Origin: Macrostomum lignano
Lineage: Eukaryota
Length of the DNA: 64,000 nucleotides
NCBI GenBank assembly: GCA_002269645.1
Contig: NIVC01000244.1
Location: 266,484-330,483, forward strand
Direction: 5' to 3'
Positions 29,180 to 43,025 of this stretch are shown in pieces (the stretch's first letter is position 1; each line of letters opens with the position of its first letter). The position numbers and the translations under genes were made by a program. The notes beneath the pieces were generated by a model. It searched no databases, was not told where the DNA came from, and saw only the letters and a list, made by a program, of their open reading frames with translations.

Positions 29180-29365
29180 CAATTATTCACTTTAAATTTC
29201 AGTACAGTAGATAAAAATGTAGACCGATCAGGTAGACGGCGAGAGTAACCATGATTTATATAGTAATAAAACAACCTCGTCATCTAATTAGTAATAAAAA
29301 ATTCCAAACATTAGAATATTAATTAATGAGTTTAAATACAGAGAGTAGAGGGCATATCTCGGACA

Positions 29366-32300
29366 CTATTTGGGCCAGCCGCCGGCATCTCCGGACATCA
29401 TGGCCATAGAGTTGGCTGTCTCCAACGCGTACTGCGTCCCGTACAGCCCGCGGCATCGCAAGCCAAAATTGAGAATCTCCTGCTTGACCATTTTCTTACT
29501 GCCGCGATGCCGAATGATGCCGTTAAGGAAGGCGGACTTCTCGGTCTCGGTGACGCGAGGAGTCGGATAGTCCGGCCCGGCCAGCAGCTCGGACAGGCAG
29601 CGGCGCGCCTCGGCCGGGAAGCTGCGCACCAGGCAGAGCAGGACGGTGGCCAGGTGGTCGACAGCGAATCTGGGCGAGTCGCCGCCGATTGCTCGAACTA
29701 TTCGATGGCAAAGGGCGCGCATATGGTCCATTAGTACGGATTGGCCATTGTACCTGTCGCAGTGGGTGATGAACTCAACCAGGAGTAGACAGGCCGTTTT
29801 TAGCGTGCTCAGCTCGGGCAGGCTGAGGCCGCATAGAGCCACCTGATTGGGCGGCAGCGGGGAGGAGAGATGAAGCCGGATCTTTCGTTAATTGCTAAAT
29901 AAGGAAACAGGGCCAGCAGTGAAACTTGTAGTAGATAATAGTACTATAACCTGGTGCCGAGATATATCCGAGAATTGGGATGTAGGAGTGCAATCTGGGT
30001 GTGCAGATCGGAAGACTTTGCAGTGGGAGCAGAATGAGTGACCTATAGGAGTATAAAAGAGGAGGTCCCAGATTTTGAGCAGTATGCAAGTCAGGAATCG
30101 GGCAAACTCAAGCCTGCAAAGCCTCTCTATCCGGCCCTCGGGCCCTTTGAAACTTCACAAAAGCAATCCACCCGGCCCGATCAAGGTTTGGGTCTCTTCT
30201 CTGGCGCGCAGTCATGCGCTAGGTTCTCTATTTGGCCCCTAGAGATAAAAGTTTGCCAACCACTGATGCAAGCAAGCAGACAGAAATCCCACCTTGAAGA
30301 CGGAGTTCATATCCACCAGCTGGTGCAGCTGCATTGAACCGGAGGCCCGCCTAATCGCGTGGTACATCAAGCTGAGAAAGCTTTCAATAATGTCGGTACT
30401 CTGCCCGATACAGTTCTGCGCCTCGGCCTCGCGCAGATGCTGCACAGTCCGGCTAGCCATCGCGGTCAGCAGGCCGCTGACTGTGTCGCTGTGCGGAGCG
30501 CTGGAGTGAAAGCAGATAAGAATCTGTTTGGCCAAGTCCAGCAGCACACTCTGCGGCATCTCAGCGTAAGCCTGTACAACAAAGCTAGTCAGGGTGCCGA
30601 TGAGCGGCTCGAACTCCAGCTGGGTGGCTCGCAGCGCCCATTTGAACAGGTCGAACACGGCCTCCATGAGCTCGCGGTCGCCAACATAGACTCTAGTGAC
30701 CCGTTCAATAGGCCTGAGCAGCTTGTCCAGCAGCCACAGCACGCCAACATGCGGAGCGGCCAGCTGCGGCAGGTCGGCATCTGAGGAGCTCTCGTTAACG
30801 TCGTCATCGTCGTCGATGAGATGCGGCACGTCGCTGTTGCGTCGGGCGGCGCTGCCGGGAGAGACAGGCGGCGGCGCCGGGTTGCTCTTCTGCATGGCGG
30901 TAAACAGCCAGCCGAACAGCTTTAGCTTGGTGAGGATCAGCGCCTTCAGGGCTGGCTGGCTGGCCGAGTCCCGCTGCTGCTGCTGCAGGTCGGCAGATTC
31001 GGCTCCGCTAGAGTCCAGGCCGCAGGCTTCGCACAGCTGCAACAGCTGGGGAGTGCAGATCTTGTCCAGGTAGGCAATCATGGTGTCCCTGGGCAGCATG
31101 GACACAGTGTAGCCAACGCAGCACATAAGCCTGTTGGCGTCCGCTGGCGGCAACTGCTGTGTGGACAGTACGCCGGACAGGCAGTCAAGAATGGCCGAGC
31201 CGTGCGGCAGCATCTGGGCGTTGGAGAGTTCGGAGAGGGCGGCAGTGAGTATTAAAATTATCAAAGTATCGATTTCTTGTCTTCAGGTCAATGTACATAC
31301 CCTGTGCCTTGGGCATAATTGGCCCGTTTGGTTGTGAATAGCACGACAAGGCCCAGTTTTTGTGAAGGCCCTTTTAACAAGACCTTTGCGCGTGTTAAAA
31401 GTTTAATAAGTGTTGTTTGTGGTGTTGGAGTGAGCCCGATCTAAATACAGTGGCCAATGGAAAAACTAACTTCATTTGTTCAAAAAAATACAATTTCAAG
31501 CTACGATCCAATCCTGCGATGGTAACATGACTTGATAACATGACTGTCAGTATAACATCTCTGTGATTGTGACCGTCAAATACAGCAGACTGTCAGTATA
31601 ACATCTCTGTGATTGTGACCATCAAATACAGCAGACTGTCAGTATAACATCTCTGTGATTGTGACCGTCAAATACAGCAGACTGTCAGTATAACATCTCT
31701 GTGATTGTGACCATCAAATACAGCAGACTGTCAGTATAACATCTCTGTGATTGTGACCGTCAAATACAGCAGACTGTCAGTATAACATCTCTGTGATTGT
31801 GACCGTCAAATACAGCAGACTGTCAGTATAACATCTCTGTGATTGTGACCATCAAATACAGCAGACTGTCAGTATAACATCTCTGTGATTGTGACCGTCA
31901 AATACAGCAGACTGTCAGTATAACATCTCTGTGATTGTGACCGTCAAATACAGCAGACTGTCAGTATAACATCTGTGATTGTGACCGTCAAATACAGCAG
32001 ACTGTCAGTATAACATCTCTGTGATTGTGACCGTCAAATACAGCAGACTGTCAGTATAACATCTCTGTGATTGTGAGCGTCAAACACAGCAGACTGTCAG
32101 TATAACATCTCTGTGATTGTGACTATCAAACACAATAGACTGTCAGTATAACATCTCTGTGATTGTGACTATCAAACACAGCAGACTGTCAGTATAACAT
32201 CTCTGTGATTGTGACTATCAAACACAGCAGACTGTCAGTATAACATCTCTGTGATTGTGAGCGTCAAACACAGCAGACTGTCAGTATAACATCTCTGTAA

Positions 32301-35300
32301 TTGTGACCGTCAAATACAGCAGACTGTCAGTATAACATCTGTGATTGTGACCGTCAAATACAGCAGACTGTCAGTATAACATCTCTGTGATTGTGACCGT
32401 CAAATACAGCAGACTGTCAGTATAACATCTCTGTGATTGTGACCGTCAAATACAGCAGACTGTCAGTATAACATCTGTGATTGTGACCGTCAAATACAGC
32501 AGACTGTCAGTATAACATCTCTGTGATTGTGACCATCAAATACAGCAGACTGTCAGTATAACATCTCTGTGATTGTGAGCGTCAAATACAGCATAAGAAT
32601 GAAAACATTCGCATCTTGCAAATGGCATATGTTTTCAACTAAAAAACGGAGACTGGCACGGCAACCTCACCTGAAGCTGGTTAATCTGGCAGATATTGCG
32701 CAACGCTTTGCCAGCGCTGGCCCCGAGCTCGCCGCCCAACTGCATACAGCGCAGCACAGTTGGCAGCACATTATTCAACACGTAGGGATTGTCGCTCATC
32801 CACTCCTGATAGGCGCTGATCATGTCTAGAGCGGCCTGGATGCAGCGAACATTGGAGCTGAGCGGTAGCCTTGGCAACAATGAGAAAATATCGCGCAGCT
32901 CGGCATCGTGAGTGTCATTGTCAACAACATTCTCTGCGATGGCCTGCACTAGGAACAACACAGACTCAACGTGCTGCCAAGGCGGGGTGTAGTCAGCGGT
33001 GCAGAAGCTGTACAGCAGGCTGTACACCCACTGGAACAGGTTGGCCTTCAGTATGTTATAGGCGTACATGAATGTGTCGCCAATGTCTTCGCGGTAGCAG
33101 CGAAATTTTTCGCGATCGTCTTCGCCGAGTTCGGCTTCGGCTGCTTCGTCTGGCAGCTGGCATTTGCGCAGCAGCACCACCACAAGGCGCATGTACGCGT
33201 CCTGGCACCGGCGGGAAGGGGGCGGAAAGATTTAACCAACATCTCCATGGCAACGGAAACTATAACAATATGCCAAAAGTTATTAGCGGTGAAGGACTAC
33301 CAGGGGAGGAGGCGAACAATACCCACTGACAATTTCTGTCGCGCATCGAACGAGAGGAGAGCTGCAGGCACGTAAAAGACAATTTACTAAACATTATTTA
33401 TTAAAACCGCGTATTAGGCTAAAAAGTTGAAGCCGATTTTCGAGCCAACAACCCACTTTATCCTCTTACCGAGTTTTGTTTTTTATTTCTATTTAGCAGG
33501 GGCCAGAAATCTCCGGCCCGCGAAGCCTCGGGTTTTTTGAAATTCACATCAGGCCCTCTCTCCCCTCATCTCTCCCCTCATCTCTTCTCTCCCCTCATCT
33601 CTTCTCCCTTCTCTCCTATGTACCCTCTCTTTTCTCTTCTCTTATCTCCTCTCTCGACTGTCCCCTCATTTCTCATTTTTTATTTCTTTTTCCTCACTCA
33701 TCTGGCCCGCAGTCAGGAGCTGGATTATTTATCTGGCTTTTGAGATAAAAAAGTTTTTGTACATAAACTTAGTCTGAAGTTAGTCATTGATAGATACTTA
33801 ACTTTATGATTTTTTTTTGGAAGTACTTTGTGTACTAGCGTGAGCCTGCACTGCTCTCCAATTCGGGGGCCACTAAGAAAATTGCCAGAGGGTAAAATTC
33901 TCCTCCATATTTAGCACAAATAAAGTGCCTATTTACCGAACAATACACTATAGAGCAACTACAGCTTTGAAAGTGTCGCAGGCCCCCTTGTCTGGCTGGC
34001 TCGCACGCGCCATGGAACGTTGCTACCGGCGTTGCTGCCGAATACGCAAGGCGAGATGGTGACGATGATGATTCGAAATCGATGGAGCGACTACCGGATA
34101 TTGCGCGCGGTGCACCGCCATTCATGCACCTGAAAGTGCATCCTTTATTCATTGCATTTTTGGCTGTACACACACAATTTACAGCAAAACGCTATTCACT
34201 TAACCTTATAAACGTTAGCGCATGGTTCTGGAAGCTAAACAGATAATAGTCTATGGCCCAAAATCGGCACCGATTCAAATTATAGAAAACGAATAAAAAC
34301 TTTCTGATTTACACCCTAAAATAGCAACTTTTTAAGCAATAAATTTTGCACCTTCACCCAAGCGCCTTACCTGGAACAGGCCAACCAGATGGCTCCATTT
34401 GGTCTCGTCGCACGAGGTCAGCTCGTCCTGCAGCAGATACCAAAAGTACAAAGCGGAATCGGAGACCTGCTCGTCAGTTGGAAATCGGCCGGGCGCATCT
34501 GTGCAGCGCAGCACCATGGCTAACAGCTTGTGGGTGAGCTCCGTGTCGCCATGGTAACAAGTATCCAGCAACAGTCGGCACTGACTCTCGCACACAGTAG
34601 TTACTAAGCGGCAGAGACCCTGGGCGGTGTCCGAGCCGTCAGTGAGGGCTTTATCAAGACACTCGTCAAGGCTCACAATATAGGGCAGTAGGGAGCTGAC
34701 TGTGCCGGGAAACTTGTGCACACTTGGATGGGAGAAGATGTTGCACAGGCATTCTACAGCCTCCTCGAATAGGTCGGCATCGTGCAGGGCCTGCAGTTTA
34801 GCGAAGGATTTCACACCGTCTTAGCATTAATCCCCGATTAAAAGGGTACCTCAGGCCAAGAAGCGACCCAAAGTCAGTTGCGTCGCGCCCAGAGTCTGTG
34901 CAGGTGGCACAGGTAAAATAGGAAGAATTAAAGGAAAGACTCAAACGACGAGACCACGACGGTACAAGTCGCAAAAAAGTTGCCAAGAGTCGCCGGAGTC
35001 AATCTGAGACGTTTTATTGTTGTCTATTTTACCTGGGGGCTGGGACTGTAAAACGACTCCAGAGTCGTGTCTGAGGCGTGCTGGAGAGTAACTAAGTTGC
35101 GCATAAAGCGTATCTGCGGCACTTTATGAATTAGAATAGCATTTCACATTTATTACAACTCTACTTGAGTCTACCGGAGATAATACCAAGTTACCAAAAC
35201 GACCCTTAGACGACTTTTTCGCAATTTAATAGTCGCCTCTCCGTTGAACAACAGTCGTATGAGTCGTTAAAAAGACATGAGAGTCACTAGAGTCACTAGT

Positions 35301-37266
35301 GATTTGTTTGCAATGACTCTAAAGCATTTTTGTGTCTCGGTAGCGTTTTCAACAGTATCATTGACACAATATAACACTGCTAAGGAAAATTGCCCAGGAA
35401 AAAATAGTGTTAATCGAAAAATATAGCCTATTGTCCGACTTATCGAGCAAACAATTAAGAACTCTCCAGTTTAAACAGTGTTCGTTACCAAATAACTTCT
35501 GGCCGTAGCGCGCTCGCTGATTCGCTGACTTCAGGGTCGTCAATAACCCTCTAACCCCTGGGGCCTGGGCGCTCACTGATTCGCTGACTTCAGGGTCATC
35601 AATAACCCTCTAACCCCTGGGGCCTGGCCGCTCACTGATTCGCTGACTTCAGGGTCATTAATAACCCTCTAATCCCTGGAGCCTGGGCGCTCGCTGATTC
35701 GCTGACTTCAGGGTCATTAATAACCCTCTAACCCCTGGGCCTGGGCGCTCGCTCATTCGCTGACTTCAGGGTCATTAATAACCCTCTAACCCCTGGGGCC
35801 TGGGCGCTCGCTGATTCGCTGACTTCAGGGTCATCAATAACCCTTTAACCCCTGGGGCCTGGGCGCTCACTGATTCGCTGACTTCAGGGTCATCAATAAC
35901 CCTCTAACCCCTGGGGCCTGGGCGCTCACTGATTCGCTGACTTCAGGGTCATTAATAACCCTCTAACGCCTGGGGCCTGGGCGCTCACTGATTCGCTGAC
36001 TTCAGGGTCATCAATAACCCTCTAACCCCTGGGCCTGGGCGCTCGCTCATTCGCTGACTTCAGGGTCATCAATAACCCTCTAACCCCTGGGGCCTGGGCG
36101 CTCGCTGATTCGCTGACTTCAGGGTCATCAATAACCCTCTAACCCCTGGGCCTGGGCGCTCGCTCATTCGCTGACTTCAGGGTCATTAATAACCCTCTAA
36201 CCCCTGGGGCCTGGACGCTCGCTGATTCGCTGACTTCAGGGTCATCAATAACCCTCTAACCCCTGGAGCCTGGGCGCTCGCTGATTCGCTGACTTCGGGG
36301 TCATTAATAACCCTCTAACCCCTGGGGCCTGGCCGCTCGCTGATTTGCTGACTTCAGGGTCATCATCAAGCATCTATACTTATATACCTGTAACCACTGA
36401 TTCGTTAAACTATCAATTTCAGATAGAATTTAGTAATTAAAATTTAGTACGTTATCTAGATATACCTTTGTAAATTTATATTCGCTAATGAAATAGATTG
36501 ATAATTTGATACTACTCTCCGATGGCAAAACGTGACAGATCATCTATAGACAAAGTAAATGTGTAAGGTTCACCTGAAACACAATCAGCACCAGATCTAC
36601 GCTATTATCAATAGGCACTGAGAACTGCAGCCAAGCCGACAGGGCATTGATGCCGCTGCAGTACACCTGTTTCGGACAATGACCAGTGCTGAGAATCTCT
36701 CGGAAATATGCCATAATCCGCGGTACGCCTGCCTCGAGGTCCTCCTTGACGGCTGCCCGTTTCTGCGCCGGCAGCAGAACGGCGCAGAACTCCTCCGGTA
36801 TGATGCGCAACAGTTCCGTCAGGGCGCAAATTGCTTTCACGTTAGCCTCTTGCGATTTACCACGACTGCCGGCTTGGATATAATCCACTATGGACTCGAC
36901 AACTCCGGGCCAATGGTCCGGGCTCATGTAGAAGGCCAGATGGGCAACGGCTATGCACAGTTTCGACACTACAGCATGATTAGCGTACTCGCTACATTCC
37001 AACAGCTTGCCTAGCAGGGAAGTTCGCAATTCCACAGCTTTATCTAATGGCAAGGCCCGGCCACTGTGTATGATTTTAGTGCACAAAGTGCATGCTCCAA
37101 AGAACTGCACATAATCTGGCTTGTCATGCTGCAAAAATTTCCATGAAAATTCCCAGCCACTGTCAGAGATCTGAGCCGACATTAGCCATTGGTTGGCGTC
37201 TACAGTGTAGCCGGAGTTGTAGAAGCTGTGCAGCACAGACTCAACTTGTTCCTCACTGTACTCCAT
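29366..37266 (-). CDS. IPO13: Importin-13, 5 exons, ~1013 aa
   Basis: Exons 36574-37266, 34371-34790, 32671-33201, 30293-31213 and 29366-29842, all phase 0 with GT-AG. N-terminus ANQWLMSAQIS..GWEFSWKFLQ.DK..VQFFGA; acidic loop WYLLQDEL; FRCYREDIGDTFMY; C-terminus NFGLRCRGLYGTQYA. Confidence 0.93.
31550..32590. repeat. 46-bp minisatellite (GACTGTCAGTATAACATCTCTGTGATTGTGACCGTCAAATACAGCA), ~22 copies
   Basis: Contiguous copies with no spacers, in IPO13 intron 3. Confidence 0.95.
35510..36360. repeat. 58-59-bp minisatellite (CGCTGATTCGCTGACTTCAGGGTCATCAATAACCCTCTAACCCCTGGGGCCTGGGCGCT), ~14 copies
   Basis: Contiguous copies in IPO13 intron 1. Confidence 0.95.
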
Positions 37267-39815
37267 TCTTCATTAAGGCATAATAGTTTTCTATTGTAGT
37301 TTTTGTCTGCAAGCAGCAATGTATAAGGATATCTATTGTTTGATACTACAAAAATACTTTTTAAACAGGCCTATTCAATATAAGCAGAAGTATGTGAGTA
37401 ATTAATATAATAATAAGGCATGGAATAACTAATCTATTTCTAATGGCAACACACAAGTGGCTAAAGGCAGTATAAACTGTTTTACCTAATAGTTATGTAC
37501 ATGTTTTATGACATGCCAAATAGGCACTATTATACAGTAGTTAGATGATGCTTTAGAATAATGTGAGTATAAGACATTAAAAAATATACAAGCTATAATG
37601 TAGCAAAAAAAGAAGAACCTTAGAAATGGGTTGCTTACTACTGGCTTGGCATGCTTGAAATTTGCCTTTTAAACTTAAATTAGAAAAGACACTCTAGTCT
37701 ATAGCTATATTGCATAATATCTAATACATTTAATCTTTGACTTAATTTTATAGCTATCTATAATTGAAATTGACTTTTCCAATGCAAGATATTTTTTCTT
37801 TTGGAATATTTAATAAATCTAATCAAATCAATCAAATCTAATAACTAGTAACTATTGCCTAGGCCTATGACTATGAGTACCATAGGCCTACTTTAAATAA
37901 TTTTAAGTGCATATTGGAATTTATATTAGAATTTAGATTCTAGTATGAATGAGATCTTCTAAAGTAAAAATGCCTAATACCTAAATACCTAGTTTCTTCT
38001 AAATATTAGGCTTTTTGTTCTATTTAGGACTAATATTTAGATAGAAACCAATATAGACCCAAAATAAATTTGTTAGTTAATAATAATATATTATAATACC
38101 AAATAAGTCCATTTTGCATATAATGTATATATTAAACATAAAATATGCTTATACTTATCTAAGAAACTATAATAATTGTTTTCTATAAAAAATCAAACTT
38201 GATAAGGGAGGTATATGCAACATACCTAGTTACCTAGTGATCATTCTTGGGCGCAACCTTGGGATTCACTCGGACGTTTCTATTGGCAACACACACATGT
38301 AAGTCGCTATTGGACGGAAAAGTAGTCACGTGACTGGTATCAGCCTTTTAAAAATATTTTTAAAAATACAAATGTATGGACTTAAGTTCTCAAATTGCAC
38401 AAATTTAACATTAGTTAGAAATAGTAATTAGAATTAATTAGATTAGTTATATAAGAATTAAGTTCAATTTAAACTTTTTACTCTTTACTAAGTTTTAATT
38501 CTTGCAATTTCACTTGAATTTCACTTGAAGAGTAAACTATTTGCTTGCTTAGATCCCATAGTTTGGAAAGCAACATATACGGTATTATATGCCAAGATTT
38601 CCCAGCATATAACAAGGGTCTTATCATTTTTAGCGTACATCAAGGTATATCCCGCATATATGACACAATACTGTCAATAGATACTTTGTGTCAAATGACA
38701 ATTTTTGTATTGGCAAACAAAGCCGGTGTATAAACGAGGCTTTTGTCATTTTTGTGGCATTAAACCTGGCATATACTAATATACAATCTGAACTATGGCT
38801 AAGGTCTATTTAGATCACTAATAAGATGATGAGACATTTTTGTAACTTAAAAGTGTCATAATTACTTCCATTATTTACTTTTTACTTTTGCTTATATTTA
38901 GATATTTAGATTTAGATTTAGATTGGACATTTTTTGTATATTTAGATTTGGTTTTAGAAACTTGCAAAAATCTACATTTGGTTTATCATAAAGCATGCCT
39001 TCTGCACTTCTCTTCTAAATATGTCATTGGCCTAGTTGGTAACTTGGCATTGGTTAAAAATTTAGATTTAGTTATATATATAGATTTCAGAATCATAAAG
39101 TACTAGGCCTAATATTTTGACTTTACTCTTAGTCTTTATCTAATGTTATCTATATATAGCCTATATTGTTATCTCTTAAAAACTTAAGTTAAAGCTATAG
39201 AAGTTACAAAATTCCATAGATAAACTAAAAATCATTCAATTGTCATAGGGGTTTGCTTCCCTCTTTTAGCTATTCCACTAATGCTATCAAGTTGTAATAG
39301 GCTAAAGCTTTTCTCTATTAAAAATCCTACTGATTTCACCAAAGTTGTAACAGGGCTTAACTTCTATCTTTATAAATGTTGGTAGCTGTCACCAAGACTA
39401 ATCTACATGTATTAATAAATTATAAGTTTATTATTCTTAGAATAAGTCTGAGAAATGTTTCTTAGAATTAGTCTGAGTAGGCCCTATATATCTAAGTAGT
39501 TGTCTGAATATTATTCTTAGTATACAAGTTGTGTTTTACTGTTATTAGCCTATGGTAGTATTCTACTATTATTCTGGCCTAAGCAATGTATTGGCTTACT
39601 GGTAGATGTATTGCATGTACTTTCAGTCCTAGACATTACCAAGATCAGGTCATAGCCTCCAGTTATTCTTGCATGTATTGATTTAGGATCTACTTTGTAT
39701 TCTCCTACTACTTAACATTTTTGCATCTTAGCAGTAGTATATACCATATATGCTTCAGTCTATTTCAATTTACTTTACAAAAAATTAACTTGGAAAACAA
39801 TTTTCAACTTCAATA

Positions 39816-40403
39816 CCACACTCAGGAAGGTGTACATTATGGCGGAAAATTCTGGCGCATATCAATGAAAAATATGCGCAAAGTGGCACACACGGCGTAT
39901 AACAAAGGCTTAGTAGAAGTTTTTAGTGCACAGTGGCGCATAGTAAAACCTGATCAGAAAAATTTAGCTCACAATGAGTCATCTAAATGTATAATCTGCA
40001 TATGCAGTGTGTAAAATATGCTTTAAGATTACATTTTTTCCAAGCATATCAATAAAAAATTGTTGTTTCTTGGTAAGTGAAACGAATAATAAAATTCAAA
40101 ATGGGATTTTACCATAAAGTTAAAGCTATTTCTTTTAAGAATTTTCTATATAAGCTAAAAAAGCAAAAGTTTTGAGTTAAAAAAGCCTATATAAGGTACG
40201 AAAATTTATCCGTTTTTTAATTTTTTTTAATTGGACTTTTACCAAGTTTTTAGTACTACGGCGCATTAGTTAGCTATGTATTTGTCAATAAACGAATGTA
40301 CACCTTGGCGCACAAATTCATATTTTAGCTTCGCGCACAGCGCACACTCCAAAAATACGCTGAAATATGTTCCCGCATACACGTGACACCTTCCTGAGTA
40401 TGG
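39816..40403. mobile_element. Non-autonomous DNA transposon (588 bp) with 18-bp TIRs and 8-bp TSD
   Basis: TIR CCAYACTCAGGAAGGTGT (17/18 match) at 39816-33 and 40386-403; perfect TSD CTTCAATA at 39808-15 and 40404-11. Superfamily not determined. Confidence 0.85.
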
Positions 40404-42837
40404 CTTCAATAATGTTTACTAGCTTTCTCTCTTAAAGACCCACAATGTGCGAGGTTGGTCTCTCCTCTGCCAAAAACACTTGCATTTATACTAAAATTTA
40501 CTGCTAGTTTAAGCAAAAATTAGTTTGCATAAAATATTATGAAAAATATGTGTATCATAACAAATGTGTTTTCCTAGATTCAGCACACATTCAAAATAAG
40601 TTAAACAATTATCAATTTTATAAAAGAATTGGGAGGGGCCCTGCACACTATTGAATTGACTATGGATAATAATAGAATAGGCCTATAATGTGATATAATA
40701 GATAGGCCCTAATCACTTGGTAGGCAAACTGAATAAATATTAAGCATCAGCCTAGCCTATTTCAATAAATTTAATATTTGATTAAAAATTAATTATAGGC
40801 CTAGACTCAAATTTCCTTCACTTTTGTCACAGATTCATAATCTCTAAATTTCTATCAACTTTGACTATGAAATTAGAAATTAAAACCCGAAATCATGAAG
40901 AAACACTATTTGCTATTAGGCCTACTAAAGAACTAGGGCCTACCCTGCCTGCCTGCCTGCCTCCTGCCTAGCCTAGGCCTAGCATGAGAATTTCAAAATG
41001 GATTAAGGTTAGATTAAATAAAATATAGTTAGCCTGTATTGCAAGGTTAGTTTAGACCTAGCCTAGTAATGAGGATAAATTAATTATAACAACTAATAAG
41101 TATAGGCCTAGTTAGCTTAATTTAGACCTATTGTTTTTCTTTGCAGCATTGCTGTTGCTGTTGCTGTACATATCATGCCATTCATGGCCTTGAGTTAGAA
41201 GTCGAAGGTTATAAGTTTGTTTTGTTAGGTAAATAACTTTTGAGTTTTAGACTCTAGACACGTTTTTGACCTTTAAACAAAAGTGCTTTCAGAAAAGTTT
41301 ACTAGTGCTTCGCAAGCCTGGAGCCTGGAGTCATCGGGGATTCGGTGAATTCTTCTCTTTAAATTTTATAGAACATCACGAGCGCCTAAAACCCGGAACT
41401 TTGACAGCTTTGTTTCTAAGGCTATATGGTCCATTGATTGCTGCATTGCAGCATTTTGGCTAAAAATATCATGATTTAATATCACTGTATCATGATATGT
41501 GAGACTTTTGCTGCATTTATTTGTGAGATATTTCGGCAAAACTGCATATACTGCTGTCGGTGTAGAGGATTGAGACGAAAAGCTGAATAACTTCGACAAT
41601 TCGTTGTATTGCTCAGCAATATTCCAATATTGCTGAATGATATTGGAATATCCAATAAAGCGTCAACTCAGTTTTCGGGTCTAACATGGCGTTTTAGATG
41701 TGAAAACGAATACTGGCTCAATTAGAATGAAAACGATAATCTGATGTCATTGTGCACGCTCTGGCTGAAAAGTAGAAACGATCGAGCAAATTACAGTAAA
41801 TCTTAGCAGGTCAGGAAAATATCTGTTTGCCAAGTGATTTTCGTTGAGCAGCAGCAGCAGTACATCTGCTTTTAATCAGCCCATAGATGCAATTTTAAAG
41901 GTCTGATTTACACCTTCTAAAGTTTAAAGTTGTGACTACACGGATCTAAAGTCAATGGAGCAGTCAATAAATTACTATAAAAGATGCTGTAGTCAAAGTG
42001 GTTCCGGCTCAGACTCAGCTTGATATGGTTAAATTTCTGCAAAATTAGGGGCACATGACATATTTCATTTAAAATGCACTTACCTGTCTGATTCTTCCAT
42101 GTATTCGTACATGTACATATAGGAGCGTAGTGTATTAGCAATTTAATCCCAAAACTTTAAAAACGACAAGAAAGAAGTTCAAAGGGCCATGAGATGTTAC
42201 ACTACAAAATTAGACACATATTTGTCTTAAAAAGTGCACATAAAAGTTGTTTTTTTGCAACGAAATGCATCTTAAACAGTTTTATTAATTTGATAATTTC
42301 CTAAAGGAATAATATAGTAATATTATAAATAGTTATTACAAGCTAATCAGTATCATAGCTCTTTACGTTGTAAATCTAACTGATTAACAGTGTGCAATTG
42401 AAATACAGCTTACGCACATGAATAATAATATGTTTTGTACAAGTATATACTCCGGTGCATCTCGTAATATAGAATATAACAATAATAGAATAAAACCAAA
42501 TGCAGACTGTCGATATAAATTCTATGAAAACCAAATGCGCACACACTTTATTTGGATAAAAGACTGACAAAAGCTTCAGCTAAAAATTGACCTGGAACAC
42601 TACCGCAAAATGCACTTTTATATTTATAACTATGAATACCTAAACTCCTAAATAGTTGATGAAAAATTTGAAGCTTAACATTGAATAGAAAATATACGAG
42701 CGTAGTAACTTTTAATATTTAAAATAATAGTGATAACAATAATAATAATAAACACCGGGACAATGAACGAAACAGTTAAACAATCATCCACAACAAGCTA
42801 ACAAATCAAACTCAACGATCAATCTCAGCTACCTCAG

Positions 42838-43025
42838 GTGTCAATCCTAGCTGTCAATCTCAGCTATCAATCTCAGCTGTCAATTCCAGTTATCAATTGC
42901 AGCTGTCAATCTCAACTATCGATCTTAGCTGTCAAGCGTCAATTCCAGTTATCAATCTCAGCTATCTTAGCTACCAATTCCAGTTATCAATTTATCAATC
43001 TCAGCTATCAATCTCAGCTGTATCA
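42838..43025. repeat. 13-bp degenerate tandem repeat (TCAATCTCAGCTA / TCAATTCCAGTTA) abutting the FIRRM stop codon
   Basis: Seen directly; lies in the 3' UTR. Confidence 0.85.

Noticed and set aside
19114-31213. Bacterial origin or HGT suggested by long GC-rich exons
   Set aside because: The genes are metazoan orthologues with spliceosomal introns.
19168-31337. Many overlapping antisense and alternate-frame ORFs over G9a, ANKRD16 and IPO13 exons
   Set aside because: Expected shadows of GC-rich coding sequence with few stop codons.
31550-36360. CRISPR-like regular repeats (46 bp and 59 bp)
   Set aside because: Units are contiguous with no unique spacers, no cas genes are present, and the context is eukaryotic introns.
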